Notes under the pieces: generated by a model
Databases searched by the model: none
The model's input: only the letters and a program-made list of their open reading frames with translations
Told to the model about the DNA's origin: nothing
Source: Emcibacteraceae bacterium
GTDB lineage: Bacteria; Pseudomonadota; Alphaproteobacteria; Sphingomonadales; Emcibacteraceae
NCBI GenBank assembly: GCA_028281625.1
Contig: JANQJN010000162.1
Coordinates: 9,766-73,765, forward strand
DNA length: 64,000 nucleotides
Reading direction: 5' to 3'
Translations under genes and position numbers: made by a program
Shown here: positions 1 to 8,344 of the stretch, in pieces
How positions within the stretch are numbered: position 1 is the stretch's first letter
How the letters are laid out: each line of letters opens with the position of its first letter

Positions 1-262
1 GACCATCAATTAGGCCTGGCAAAACAGCATATCCGGACCAATCAATCAGATTTGGGTAATCCTTCGTACTATCAAAAGGAGTAACTTCAACGATACGCTC
101 ATTTTCAACGCTGATAATTTGGTTTACCAAAACGTGTTCGTTAACCACATCAATCATTTGTCCCGCATGAATGTAGGAGACATTTGAGTTTTCGTCGACC
201 GGTTCAGAACAAGACGTCAGAATTGCAACGAAACTGAAGAGAAGTAAGCGAACCAGTGACAT
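1..262 (-). CDS. amidohydrolase-family protein, N-terminal part only (gene runs off the left edge); lipoprotein-type signal
   Basis: Reverse-strand ATG at 260-262. Translation MSLVRLLLFSFVAILTSCSEPVDENSNVSYIHAGQMIDVV...YAVLPGLIDG has an LTSC lipobox followed by the vLPGliD(x)H-type start of metal-dependent amidohydrolases. Absent from the ORF track because it is truncated by the window edge. Confidence 0.6.
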   Translation of the reverse strand, partial: MSLVRLLLFSFVAILTSCSEPVDENSNVSYIHAGQMIDVVNEHVLVNQIISVENERIVEVTPFDSTKDYPNLIDWSGYAVLPGLIDG

Positions 263-281
263 TTTGATGCTCCCTATTATG

Positions 282-533
282 TTATCCCCTAATCATCCCA
301 AGTGCGTGCGTGTAGGTATCCAGCAGTGCTTCTTGCTCTTGCCTATCGGCTTCATCCATTTTTCTCAAGCGGACGATTTGGCGCATGATTTTAGTATCGA
401 ATCCCACAGATTTTGCTTCAGCGTAGATATCCTTGATATCGTCAGCAAGTGCTTTCTTTTCTTCTTCAAGTCGTTCGACACGTTCAATAAAGGAACGTAA
501 GGCATCTGCAGCGATACCACCAGTTTCTACCAT
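282..533 (-). CDS. gapR: DUF2312 / GapR-like nucleoid-associated DNA-binding protein
   Basis: 83 aa. [49 protein letters not shown] matches the Caulobacter GapR pattern (IIDRVERLE..K..I...IKEVYAEAK..GFD.K.L...V.IRK.D). Confidence 0.85.
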   Translation of the reverse strand: MVETGGIAADALRSFIERVERLEEEKKALADDIKDIYAEAKSVGFDTKIMRQIVRLRKMDEADRQEQEALLDTYTHALGMIRG

Positions 534-540
534 TTTACTA

Positions 541-873
541 TTATCCTTGTTGTGATTTCATTTGTTTGTTTTTGGCGAGGCTTTCATCCATTAGCCTCAT
601 TTGTTCGTCTGTTGCTGGAGTTTGGTATTTTTCCGTCCATTCACCATATGGCATACCGTAAATAATTTCACGGGCGTCCATTTTATCAATTTCGATGCCA
701 CGCTCTGCCGCTTCCGCCGCGTACCATTTTGAAAAACAGTTGCGACAAAAGCCAGCGAGGCCCATCAGATCAATATTCTGTGCATCGGTGCGCAGGCGCA
801 TATGATCGATTATACGTCGGAATGTAGCTGCTTCTATTTCAAGCTGAGTTTGTTTGTCCATTTTTATCTCCAT
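541..873 (-). CDS. DUF1244 family protein
   Basis: 110 aa with the [19 protein letters not shown] core typical of DUF1244. Sits adjacent to the DUF2312 gene, as in many alphaproteobacteria. Confidence 0.8.
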   Translation of the reverse strand: MEIKMDKQTQLEIEAATFRRIIDHMRLRTDAQNIDLMGLAGFCRNCFSKWYAAEAAERGIEIDKMDAREIIYGMPYGEWTEKYQTPATDEQMRLMDESLAKNKQMKSQQG

Positions 874-876
874 TTA

Positions 877-1620
877 TCAAAGCCTTATCGCAAGTTCAGG
901 ATGGGACCTGAGGTCGAGTATTTCTTCTGCAAGTACGTCTGCCCAGCGGCGTGCTCCCGCATCGTTAGATATTTCGTCCTGACGGATTTCCACATTCACA
1001 TGGGGAAGTCCATGCGCGAGTGCGTGCGTATTCAACGTATGGTATAGAATTTTACCACTATAAGGTTCATTGTCACCGATATGGAAGCCTCTGGCTTCAA
1101 GGCGGTCGTGAAGTAGTCTTGCAACCCGATCATCGGTATTATAAAGAAGTCCGCCATTCCATTTACGTGGCTCACCATTCATATGTGGGGTAAAGCTGTG
1201 CATGTTAAATATAAGGGGAGCCTCATGGCTCAAAGCTTTTTCGGCAATGATGGCAGCGGCCATGTTATGAAAGGGGTGATAAAATTCTTCAATCCGCTCA
1301 TTTGTCGCCTTTTCCGATAGATTTTGATTGCCATGAATGATGTGGCCATCACTAGTTTCCGGAATTAATCCGTCCTGACCTATAGCCCGGTTGGCATCGA
1401 TCAATAGACGCGAGAAACCAGCAAGTACAGCCGGTGCGTCCAGTAATTTCGCAAGGTTTTTTGTTACTTCAGCTATTCCTATATCCCACGCAATATGCAG
1501 TTCCAGCTGCTCATCGCTTAAGCCCAGATTATCATATTCACTGGGGATATGATTGCTGGCATGTTCCGAAATCAGAACAATATTTGCCTTGCCGTTTGGG
1601 TTGATAATGTCAAATGCCAT
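877..1620 (-). CDS. N-formylglutamate amidohydrolase family protein
   Basis: 247 aa. Length and motifs (SEHASNHIP, LIDANR, MHSFTP) fit the FGase family (PF05013). Confidence 0.8.
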   Translation of the reverse strand: MAFDIINPNGKANIVLISEHASNHIPSEYDNLGLSDEQLELHIAWDIGIAEVTKNLAKLLDAPAVLAGFSRLLIDANRAIGQDGLIPETSDGHIIHGNQNLSEKATNERIEEFYHPFHNMAAAIIAEKALSHEAPLIFNMHSFTPHMNGEPRKWNGGLLYNTDDRVARLLHDRLEARGFHIGDNEPYSGKILYHTLNTHALAHGLPHVNVEIRQDEISNDAGARRWADVLAEEILDLRSHPELAIRL

Positions 1621-1773
1621 AAAGATTAAATCCGGTGAATCAAGTCCATATTTGTATATCGAAAAGTGGCCCGTTGTGTAGGAAAAAATTAATGTTGTTG
1701 GCGGATTTTTTGCTGTACACGGTTCGAGCTCTATGTATTAATATTTGCCGCAAAAGCAAATCAGGAAAAATAA

Positions 1774-3207
1774 ATGCATCGTCAAAGACGAACAAGAATA
1801 ATTGCGACCCTCGGGCCCGCATCTAACACTTTTGAAATGATTAAGAAATTGTCGGAAGCTGGAGCCGACGTTTTCCGTCTTAATATGAGCCATGGTGAAC
1901 ACAAAGACGCCTCAGCGCTTTACAACACTGTTCGCGAAGTGGAAAAGGCTACCGGAAGGCCTATTGGGGTGCTTGCTGATCTTCAGGGCCCAAAACTCAG
2001 GGTCGGTGAGTTTACTGACGGTTCGATTGACCTCGAAGTTGGTCAGACGTTTATCCTTGATATGAACGATGAACCAGGTGATCAATCCCGTGTTCAGCTT
2101 CCGCATCCGGAAATTTACGAAGCGGTGGAACCAAAGACGGAACTTCTACTCAATGACGGTAAAATAAGGTTGTTGATCGAAAAAGTCCAAGAAGACAAAA
2201 TTACGACAACCGTGACTGTTGGTGGTGAACTCTCAAATCGTAAGGGGGTAAATGTACCCAGTGCAATTCTTCCGCTTGCAGCACTAACAGAGAAGGATAA
2301 AGGTGACCTCGCATTTGCGCTTGATCTTGGCGTTGATTGGGTGGCTCTTAGCTTTGTGCAAAGGCCCGAAGATGTTCAGGAAGCCCGAGACATTATCGCA
2401 GGCAGGGCATCTATCATGGCAAAAATTGAAAAGCCATCAGCAGTTCACGCGATTGATGAAATTATTGCCCTTTCCGACGGTGTAATGGTGGCCCGCGGTG
2501 ATATGGGTGTTGAAATGCCGATGGAACAGGTGCCGCCGAAACAAAAGAAAATCATTCGACATGCCCGGCGTGCTGGCATTCCGGCTGTGGTGGCAACTCA
2601 AATGCTGGAAAGCATGATTACAGCACCGGTTCCCACTCGGGCGGAGGTTTCTGATGTCGCAAATGCCGTTTTTGATGGTGCCGACGCGATTATGCTTTCG
2701 GCAGAATCAGCCGCAGGTGAGTATCCTGAAGAAGCGGTGGCGACAATGAACCGTGTTGCGTTATCTATTGAAGGTGAACCAAGTTACCGTCGCATGCTCA
2801 ACCGGGACGAGACCATGCCGGAAGCAACAACTGCTGATGCGATCAGCGCTGCTGCAAAACAAGTTGCCAAAACTATCGAAGCGGAAGCAATTGTTTGTTA
2901 TACGGGTTCAGGCTCAACGGCGCTTAGGGCGTCGAGGGAGAGACCGCAAGCACCACTTCTTGTGCTAACACCCAACATTGGGACGGCACGTCGACTTGCG
3001 CTGGTATGGGGACTTAACTGTGTTTATTCGCAAGATGCTGTTAATTTTCAGGATATGATCGATAAAGCCTGCAATATCTGCCATGAGTATAAATATGCTG
3101 GTGTAGATGATCGAATCGTTATCATGGCGGGTATGCCATTCGGAACACCTGGAAAGACAAACGTTCTTCGCATTTCACGCGTACAGGATTATCACGTTAA
3201 AGTCTAA
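1774..3207 (+). CDS. pyk: pyruvate kinase
   Basis: 477 aa. Carries RRTRIIATLGPAS, FRLNMSHG and MVARGDMGVEMP motifs. AGGAAA lies upstream of the ATG. Confidence 0.95.
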   Translation: MHRQRRTRIIATLGPASNTFEMIKKLSEAGADVFRLNMSHGEHKDASALYNTVREVEKATGRPIGVLADLQGPKLRVGEFTDGSIDLEVGQTFILDMNDEPGDQSRVQLPHPEIYEAVEPKTELLLNDGKIRLLIEKVQEDKITTTVTVGGELSNRKGVNVPSAILPLAALTEKDKGDLAFALDLGVDWVALSFVQRPEDVQEARDIIAGRASIMAKIEKPSAVHAIDEIIALSDGVMVARGDMGVEMPMEQVPPKQKKIIRHARRAGIPAVVATQMLESMITAPVPTRAEVSDVANAVFDGADAIMLSAESAAGEYPEEAVATMNRVALSIEGEPSYRRMLNRDETMPEATTADAISAAAKQVAKTIEAEAIVCYTGSGSTALRASRERPQAPLLVLTPNIGTARRLALVWGLNCVYSQDAVNFQDMIDKACNICHEYKYAGVDDRIVIMAGMPFGTPGKTNVLRISRVQDYHVKV

Positions 3208-3256
3208 AAGCCTCTGAATTAAAGGGGAATTTCAATTTATTGTTCCCAAAATAGAA

Positions 3257-3291
3257 GGAGGCCGTGACCTTGGGGGGGAATCACGACCTCC
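3257..3291 (-). terminator. GC-rich hairpin between convergent pyk and rpmJ, probably the rpmJ terminator
   Basis: Arms ggaggccgtga (3257-3267) and tcacgacctcc (3281-3291) pair 10 of 11. On the minus strand the hairpin is followed by ttctatttt. Confidence 0.5.
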
Positions 3292-3371
3292 GGAATGCTA
3301 TGAGCGGAAGCTCACAACAAAACTAATTTACTATGTTTAAGATATATCTGTCAATAATAGACGACAAGAAA

Positions 3372-3497
3372 TTAACCTTGACGAGCTTTAAAACGACGGT
3401 TTGTCTTGTTAATTACAAACGTCCGACCTTTACGGCGAATGACACGGCAATCGCGGTGACGGTTTTTCAAAGACTTTAGCGAATTTACGACTTTCAT
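3372..3497 (-). CDS. rpmJ: 50S ribosomal protein L36
   Basis: Hand translation of the reverse strand gives [41 protein letters not shown] (41 aa plus stop), a near-consensus alphaproteobacterial L36. Below the 60-aa cut-off of the ORF track. Confidence 0.93.
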   Translation of the reverse strand: MKVVNSLKSLKNRHRDCRVIRRKGRTFVINKTNRRFKARQG

Positions 3498-3750
3498 AAT
3501 CTATCTCAAATATCTTATATAGCTATTTCTATTGGTCAATTTCGACCCAAGTGACACAGCACTTTTCAAACTTTTGTGGGAACCTACAGATGTCGGTTTT
3601 AATTGTCAACGAAATCTGACAAATAATTTAAAAAAAAATGCATTAGGGCAAATCAGCGGCATTTAATCTTATTTTAACCGTTTCTTTAGCTGTGGCTGAG
3701 TATAATTCCGTCAAGGTGAAATAAGAGTTGTGCAGGGAAGAAACAGACGT

Positions 3751-5427
3751 ATGGGAAAAAGGTTGGAAAGCCAAAGTGATAAAGAGATGAGCACCTTGGA
3801 ACTTAGAGAAGTCGAGCCCGTTCGAGAGATTGGCTACATTGCTGAAGTAAGCGGCAATGGTGTAAAAGCTGTGTGCAACTTAAAAACACTGCGCGATATG
3901 TCCGATATAGATAGTGGTGAAGCAGAGTTTTCGCCAGGTCAAATTGGTACAATTTTGAAGATTAAAGTATCAAAAGGATTTTTGTTCGTAACGGTTCGCG
4001 ATGTAATTGCAATACAGGAACAAGGCAAAATCCTAGGCAAAGTGGAAATGCGACTGGATTTTCTTGGTCACGGCATTCGTGCGCCAATGACCGAAACGGG
4101 TATGATTTTTGACCGTGGGGTGACCGATTTTCCAATCCCAGGTCAGCCGGTATATCCAGTAACACTCGCTGATGTGGAAGGGATTTTTGGGGACAACGAC
4201 AGTAATCATTTCCATCTTGGTCACGTATTTCCACAACATATCACGCCGGCTTCCATCAATATCGATGCGCTACTTGGTAAGCACTTTTCAATTCTTGGGA
4301 GTACGGGTACGGGTAAATCATGCACGGTTGCGTTACTCATTCGCCGGATTGTAGAAAGACTTCCTGACGCACATATCATAATGCTTGATCCGCATAACGA
4401 ATATGAAACAGCCTTTTCTGATTGCGCGATGCATTTCGATATTAATAATCTTCGACTTCCATACTGGATGATGAATTTTGAAGAACATTGTGAAATGTTC
4501 ATAGGGTATAACAGCAAAGACCGTATGATTGAAACGGATGTCCTGCGCCGCTGCCTTTTCGAAGCGCGAGTGGACAACAATGAACATATTTCACCCGAAC
4601 TGATCACGGTGGATACGCCAATCCCCTATAAATTATCCTATATGATGGCGTTCCTGGATCAGGAAATGGGTAAACTGGATAACCCGGAAACGTTAACTCC
4701 ATATTTGAGACTTAAAAATAAAATTGATGAACTGCGCCGCGATACGCGATTTGGTTTTATGTTTTCCGGGATGCTGGTGAATGATACACTTAACAGCATA
4801 ATTGGCGAATTACTTCGTTTTCCTGTTAACAACAAGCCGGTTTCAACCATCGATCTTTCGGGTGTGCCGTCAGAAATTGTGAATGTTGTGGTTTCTGTAA
4901 TCAGCCGAACTGTGTTTGACTTTGCTGTATGGAGCCGTGGTAATGATGCGCGTCCAATCCTTCTAGTCTGTGAGGAAGCGCATAGATATGTTCCTACCGA
5001 TAATTCAACTATATTTAATTCAACCCGTAAAGCGATTGAACGCATCGCGAAAGAGGGACGTAAGTATGGTGTTTCCATGGGGCTGGTCTCTCAGCGTCCA
5101 GCTGAACTTTCTGAATCGGCGCTTTCACAGTGCGGTACAATTTTTGCCATGCGTATGAACAACGAAAGGGACCAACGCTTTGTTGCTCACGTACTGCCGG
5201 AAGGTGCCGAAGGATCGTTAAATTCTCTGTCATCTTTGCAAAACCGCGAAGCGCTCGCGGTGGGTGAGGGGGTTGAAGCTCCTGTTCGTCTGCTTGTTGA
5301 TAAGCTTGAAAAAGAGCATCTGCCGAGCAGCGGAAGCCCTTCTTATTCTGTCGATTGGCAAAAAGGCTTGGAAGACCCTGATTTTGTTGATCAGACCATT
5401 GAAATCTGGCGTAAAGCGGGTCAATAA
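3751..5427 (+). CDS. HerA/FtsK-like ATPase (DUF87) with N-terminal HAS-barrel-like region
   Basis: The frame is open from GTG 3730, and ATG 3751 is a plausible start. Walker A is GSTGTGKS and the Walker B-like motif is ILLVCEEAHRY. SQRPAELS and the arginine-finger region resemble HerA. Confidence 0.8.
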   Translation: MGKRLESQSDKEMSTLELREVEPVREIGYIAEVSGNGVKAVCNLKTLRDMSDIDSGEAEFSPGQIGTILKIKVSKGFLFVTVRDVIAIQEQGKILGKVEMRLDFLGHGIRAPMTETGMIFDRGVTDFPIPGQPVYPVTLADVEGIFGDNDSNHFHLGHVFPQHITPASINIDALLGKHFSILGSTGTGKSCTVALLIRRIVERLPDAHIIMLDPHNEYETAFSDCAMHFDINNLRLPYWMMNFEEHCEMFIGYNSKDRMIETDVLRRCLFEARVDNNEHISPELITVDTPIPYKLSYMMAFLDQEMGKLDNPETLTPYLRLKNKIDELRRDTRFGFMFSGMLVNDTLNSIIGELLRFPVNNKPVSTIDLSGVPSEIVNVVVSVISRTVFDFAVWSRGNDARPILLVCEEAHRYVPTDNSTIFNSTRKAIERIAKEGRKYGVSMGLVSQRPAELSESALSQCGTIFAMRMNNERDQRFVAHVLPEGAEGSLNSLSSLQNREALAVGEGVEAPVRLLVDKLEKEHLPSSGSPSYSVDWQKGLEDPDFVDQTIEIWRKAGQ

Positions 5428-6408
5428 TTAGTTCTTAAGCAGTATTTTTCCAAAATGATCGCCACTTTCCAGATACTGGTGTGCAGCTACAACATCTTCA
5501 AGAGGAAAAATTTTGTCAATGATCGGTTTTATCTCACCTTTTTCAAGAGGTGGCCAGACATGTTGTTTCAAGTTATCTGCTATCGCTGTTTTGAACGCGT
5601 TGTCCCGTGGGCGCAGGGTTGATCCAGTGATGCTCAGACGCTTTCTCATCACGGGAAGAATATTAAAATCCACTTTGACGCCGCCTTGGACGGCGATAAT
5701 CACCAGTCTCCCATCTTCTGCGAGGGATTTGACATTTCTGCCCACATAATCGCCTGCGACCATATCGAGAATGACATCAACGCCTTTTCCATCCGTTATC
5801 TCACCGACCACGTCCACAAAATCCTGCGTTTTATAATTAATTGCGTGATCAGCACCCAGTTCTTTTGATTGCTCACATTTTTGATCGTTTCCTGACGTGG
5901 TAATCACGGTTGCGCCGAATGCTTTAGCCAGTTGGATGGCGGTTGTACCAATGCCAGATGTTCCGCCGTGGATGAGGATGGTTTCGCCTCTGCTTAAATT
6001 CGCGCGATCAAACAAATTAGACCAGACGGTAAAATATGTTTCCGGAAGGGCTGCCGCTTGCTCAAGCGTTAGACCATTTGGAATGGGCAAACAACAACCG
6101 GCGTTGGCTACTGCATATTCCGCGTAACCACCACCAGACAGAAGTGCGCAGACCTGATCCCCAACTGACCAGTCAGTAACATTTGCTCCTATTGTTGTGA
6201 CTGTCCCGGCGCATTCAAGCCCCATGATGGGTGACGCGCCTTTGGGTGGAGGGTAAAATCCGTTGCGCTGGACGATATCAGGCCGGTTAATGCCTGCTGT
6301 ATCGATTTTTATCAGCACCTCATCACTATTCGGAACGGGTATTTCCAAATCGATGATTTCTAGATTATCGGCGGGACCGAACTCTTTAATATTAACCGCT
6401 TTCATCAT
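5428..6408 (-). CDS. NAD(P)H:quinone oxidoreductase, PIG3/zeta-crystallin type (MDR superfamily)
   Basis: 326 aa. Carries GINRPD, a GLECAG-type motif, and the IHGGTSGIGTTAIQLAK Rossmann motif. Confidence 0.88.
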   Translation of the reverse strand: MMKAVNIKEFGPADNLEIIDLEIPVPNSDEVLIKIDTAGINRPDIVQRNGFYPPPKGASPIMGLECAGTVTTIGANVTDWSVGDQVCALLSGGGYAEYAVANAGCCLPIPNGLTLEQAAALPETYFTVWSNLFDRANLSRGETILIHGGTSGIGTTAIQLAKAFGATVITTSGNDQKCEQSKELGADHAINYKTQDFVDVVGEITDGKGVDVILDMVAGDYVGRNVKSLAEDGRLVIIAVQGGVKVDFNILPVMRKRLSITGSTLRPRDNAFKTAIADNLKQHVWPPLEKGEIKPIIDKIFPLEDVVAAHQYLESGDHFGKILLKN

Positions 6409-6480
6409 TTTATCCCAATTGACAGATTTTATAATTTATAGAGAATAGAGAAAGCTAAGCAACAGATAAATGAGGATGAC

Positions 6481-6672
6481 ATGGACGACGAAGAACTTGA
6501 TATCCCAAAAGGGTCACTCCTGAAACAAATTACAGACGAAGACCTAACCGTTCACAGTATTGAAGCATTGGAGAGCCGCGTTGCTGTGTTAAAATCCGAG
6601 ATTGAGCGTACAGAAGAAGCGATCAAAAATAAAAAAACTGCCCACGCGGACGCGGACAGTTTCTTCAGATAA
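6481..6672 (+). CDS. DUF1192 family protein
   Basis: 63 aa coiled-coil protein (LSIEALESRVAVLKSEIERTEEAI) typical of alphaproteobacterial DUF1192. GAGGA lies upstream. Confidence 0.75.
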   Translation: MDDEELDIPKGSLLKQITDEDLTVHSIEALESRVAVLKSEIERTEEAIKNKKTAHADADSFFR

Positions 6673-6684
6673 ATTTAGTTTTAC

Positions 6685-7143
6685 TTACGCGACGTCGTCT
6701 TCAACAAGTTTTTTAACATCGGCTGTCTTGTTGATCGCTATTGTGCGTGGTTTTAAGTGCTCAGGGATTTCGCGCTGAAGGTCGATCATCAGTAGACCAT
6801 TTTCAAATGTTGCGCCGAGCACCTTAATTGTGTCAGCAAGTCTGAAATGACGCTTAAATGCGCGTTTTGCGATGCCGCGGTGAAGGAAACGACTTTCGTC
6901 GACGTCTTCTTCGCTGCCATCAGCGGAAATAGCGAGCACGCCATTATCAAGTTCAATGTTCAGATCTGCTTCCGTAAAACCGGCGAGCGCCATGGTAATT
7001 CGGTAATCATCTTCATCGATTTTTTCAATATTGTAAGGCGGATAGGAAACGTCGTTGTTTCCAACCGCGTTTTCGAAAATTCTATTCATCTGATCAAAGC
7101 CGATCGTTGACTTAAGTAGTGGGCTAAAATCTAGTGTTCTCAT
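6685..7143 (-). CDS. Hsp20/alpha-crystallin family small heat-shock protein
   Basis: 152 aa. YPPYNIEKIDEDDYRITMALAGF ... ENGLLMIDL resembles IbpA/Hsp20. Confidence 0.92.
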   Translation of the reverse strand: MRTLDFSPLLKSTIGFDQMNRIFENAVGNNDVSYPPYNIEKIDEDDYRITMALAGFTEADLNIELDNGVLAISADGSEEDVDESRFLHRGIAKRAFKRHFRLADTIKVLGATFENGLLMIDLQREIPEHLKPRTIAINKTADVKKLVEDDVA

Positions 7144-7150
7144 AGTGTTA

Positions 7151-7171
7151 TATCCTTTTCTTCAAGCGATA
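7151..7171 (-). promoter_or_regulatory. candidate ROSE-like RNA thermometer hairpin masking the hsp20 Shine-Dalgarno
   Basis: The minus-strand RNA reads UAUCGCUU-GAAGAA-AAGGAUA. UAUC/GAUA and CUU/AAG pair with a single bulged G opposite the SD AAGGA. The UCGCU fits the ROSE U(U/C)GCU anti-SD motif, and the AUG lies 8 nt downstream. Confidence 0.4.
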
Positions 7172-7363
7172 GTGCCTTTGGTTCTCCTCTTGGACCAACC
7201 ATCGGCGGTTTATGTATTTGTAAAGCCAAATTTGCCCCGTTTGGCGACAATCATTGCCTTACAAATTATAAATATTGTACCTTTTTTCTTTTTCAATATG
7301 TAAAGACGATTTTAATGTTTATTCTTTATTACTGGATGGATTGATATTTATTTGAGGTCAATT

Positions 7364-7840
7364 ATGTTAGATGATGTCCTTGCAAAAGATGGAACACTCG
7401 ATTCACTATTGCTTGATGAACTTTACTATGAAGCACTTGATTTAAGTGAACTTGTTGTCGATTATTTTCAGCGCAATGTGAAAGAAAGTTTTCAGCATTT
7501 AGGTGTTGATACCATGAGTTTCTATACCCTTGAATGTAATAGGATTACGTCCGGTATTATGGCGGCGATGTCTTGGTGCCTTATGCAAAAAGGGGTAAGG
7601 AGCGGTGAAGTTTCTGTTGAAGAAGCCTCCAAAAAAAGTGCACGGTTAAGTAATGCAGATTTGTTTGATATGCCGCTTGGCTGTGACGAAAGCAAACTTC
7701 CTCAGGATTTTGTAGATTACAGCAAGAGAGCGCGCGAACTATACGCCAAGATCGTGCGCATTGACCGTATTCTATACGAACTTGAACGAGGCGGTGAAAA
7801 TCCAGTTCACAGCTTAATGGATAAAATCGAAGAAATATAA
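7364..7840 (+). CDS. rcdA: DUF1465 / RcdA-like (regulator of CtrA degradation) family protein
   Basis: The ORF is open from TTG 7352, but ATG 7364 has a GAGG 7 nt upstream. The helical protein has a TSGIMAAMSWCLMQKGV core typical of DUF1465. Confidence 0.7.
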   Translation: MLDDVLAKDGTLDSLLLDELYYEALDLSELVVDYFQRNVKESFQHLGVDTMSFYTLECNRITSGIMAAMSWCLMQKGVRSGEVSVEEASKKSARLSNADLFDMPLGCDESKLPQDFVDYSKRARELYAKIVRIDRILYELERGGENPVHSLMDKIEEI

Positions 7841-7847
7841 GAAAAAA

Positions 7848-7870
7848 AAGGCTTCCGATCCGGAAGCCTT
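7848..7870. terminator. bidirectional intrinsic terminator between convergent rcdA-like gene and rpmE
   Basis: Perfect 10-bp stem aaggcttccg / cggaagcctt with loop atc. An A-run on the left gives a U-tract for the minus-strand rpmE transcript. aattctt lies on the right. Confidence 0.8.
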
Positions 7871-7898
7871 AATTCTTAGCGTGTATCGCGAATTTTCA

Positions 7899-8123
7899 TT
7901 ACTTGGATAATTTAAAGTTTGCAAAACGTTTGTTGAACTGTGCAACGCGACCTTTGTCCTGAACCTGCTTAGTTCCGCCAACCCATGCAGGGTGTGATTT
8001 CGGGTCGATATCCAATGTTAGTGTGTCACCTTCATTGCCCCATGTGGAGCGAGTTTCGTAAGATGAACCGTCGGTCATAACCACTGTAATTTTGTGGTAA
8101 TCCGGGTGAATGTCTTTTTTCAT
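7899..8123 (-). CDS. rpmE: 50S ribosomal protein L31 (Cys-free form)
   Basis: [29 protein letters not shown]... (74 aa). The ORF-track entry extends 17 codons upstream of the conserved MKKDIHP start. Confidence 0.93.
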   Translation of the reverse strand: MKKDIHPDYHKITVVMTDGSSYETRSTWGNEGDTLTLDIDPKSHPAWVGGTKQVQDKGRVAQFNKRFANFKLSK

Positions 8124-8344
8124 TTTAATCTCTTTTCTATCTCTTTGAGCAAAATTCCAACTCTGCTCGAGCATTTTCGTTGCGCTTATATAGCGAAGAG
8201 GTTGCCCGAACGCAAGCAGGAAAGTGCAGATTCATTGAAATCAGAGCAAAAATTATACATGATCACTTATCTTTCATTGTTTGCCCGCGCGACAGGTGCT
8301 ATATCGCATGGCTGAAGAAAATGATAATTGAGTCTCGTTGATTT

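Noticed and set aside
3730-5427. HerA-like ATPase as part of a SIR2-HerA, DUF4297-HerA or NurA-HerA defence or repair module.
   Set aside because: No partner gene lies on either side (rpmJ upstream, quinone oxidoreductase downstream). The context is core housekeeping. It is kept only as a low-interest orphan.
7172-7320. Sigma-32 heat-shock promoter upstream of hsp20.
   Set aside because: A TTGAAA followed 16 nt later by TATTTA is present. This fits a generic sigma-70-like promoter better than CTTGAA-N-CCCCAT. I cannot assign the sigma factor from the sequence.
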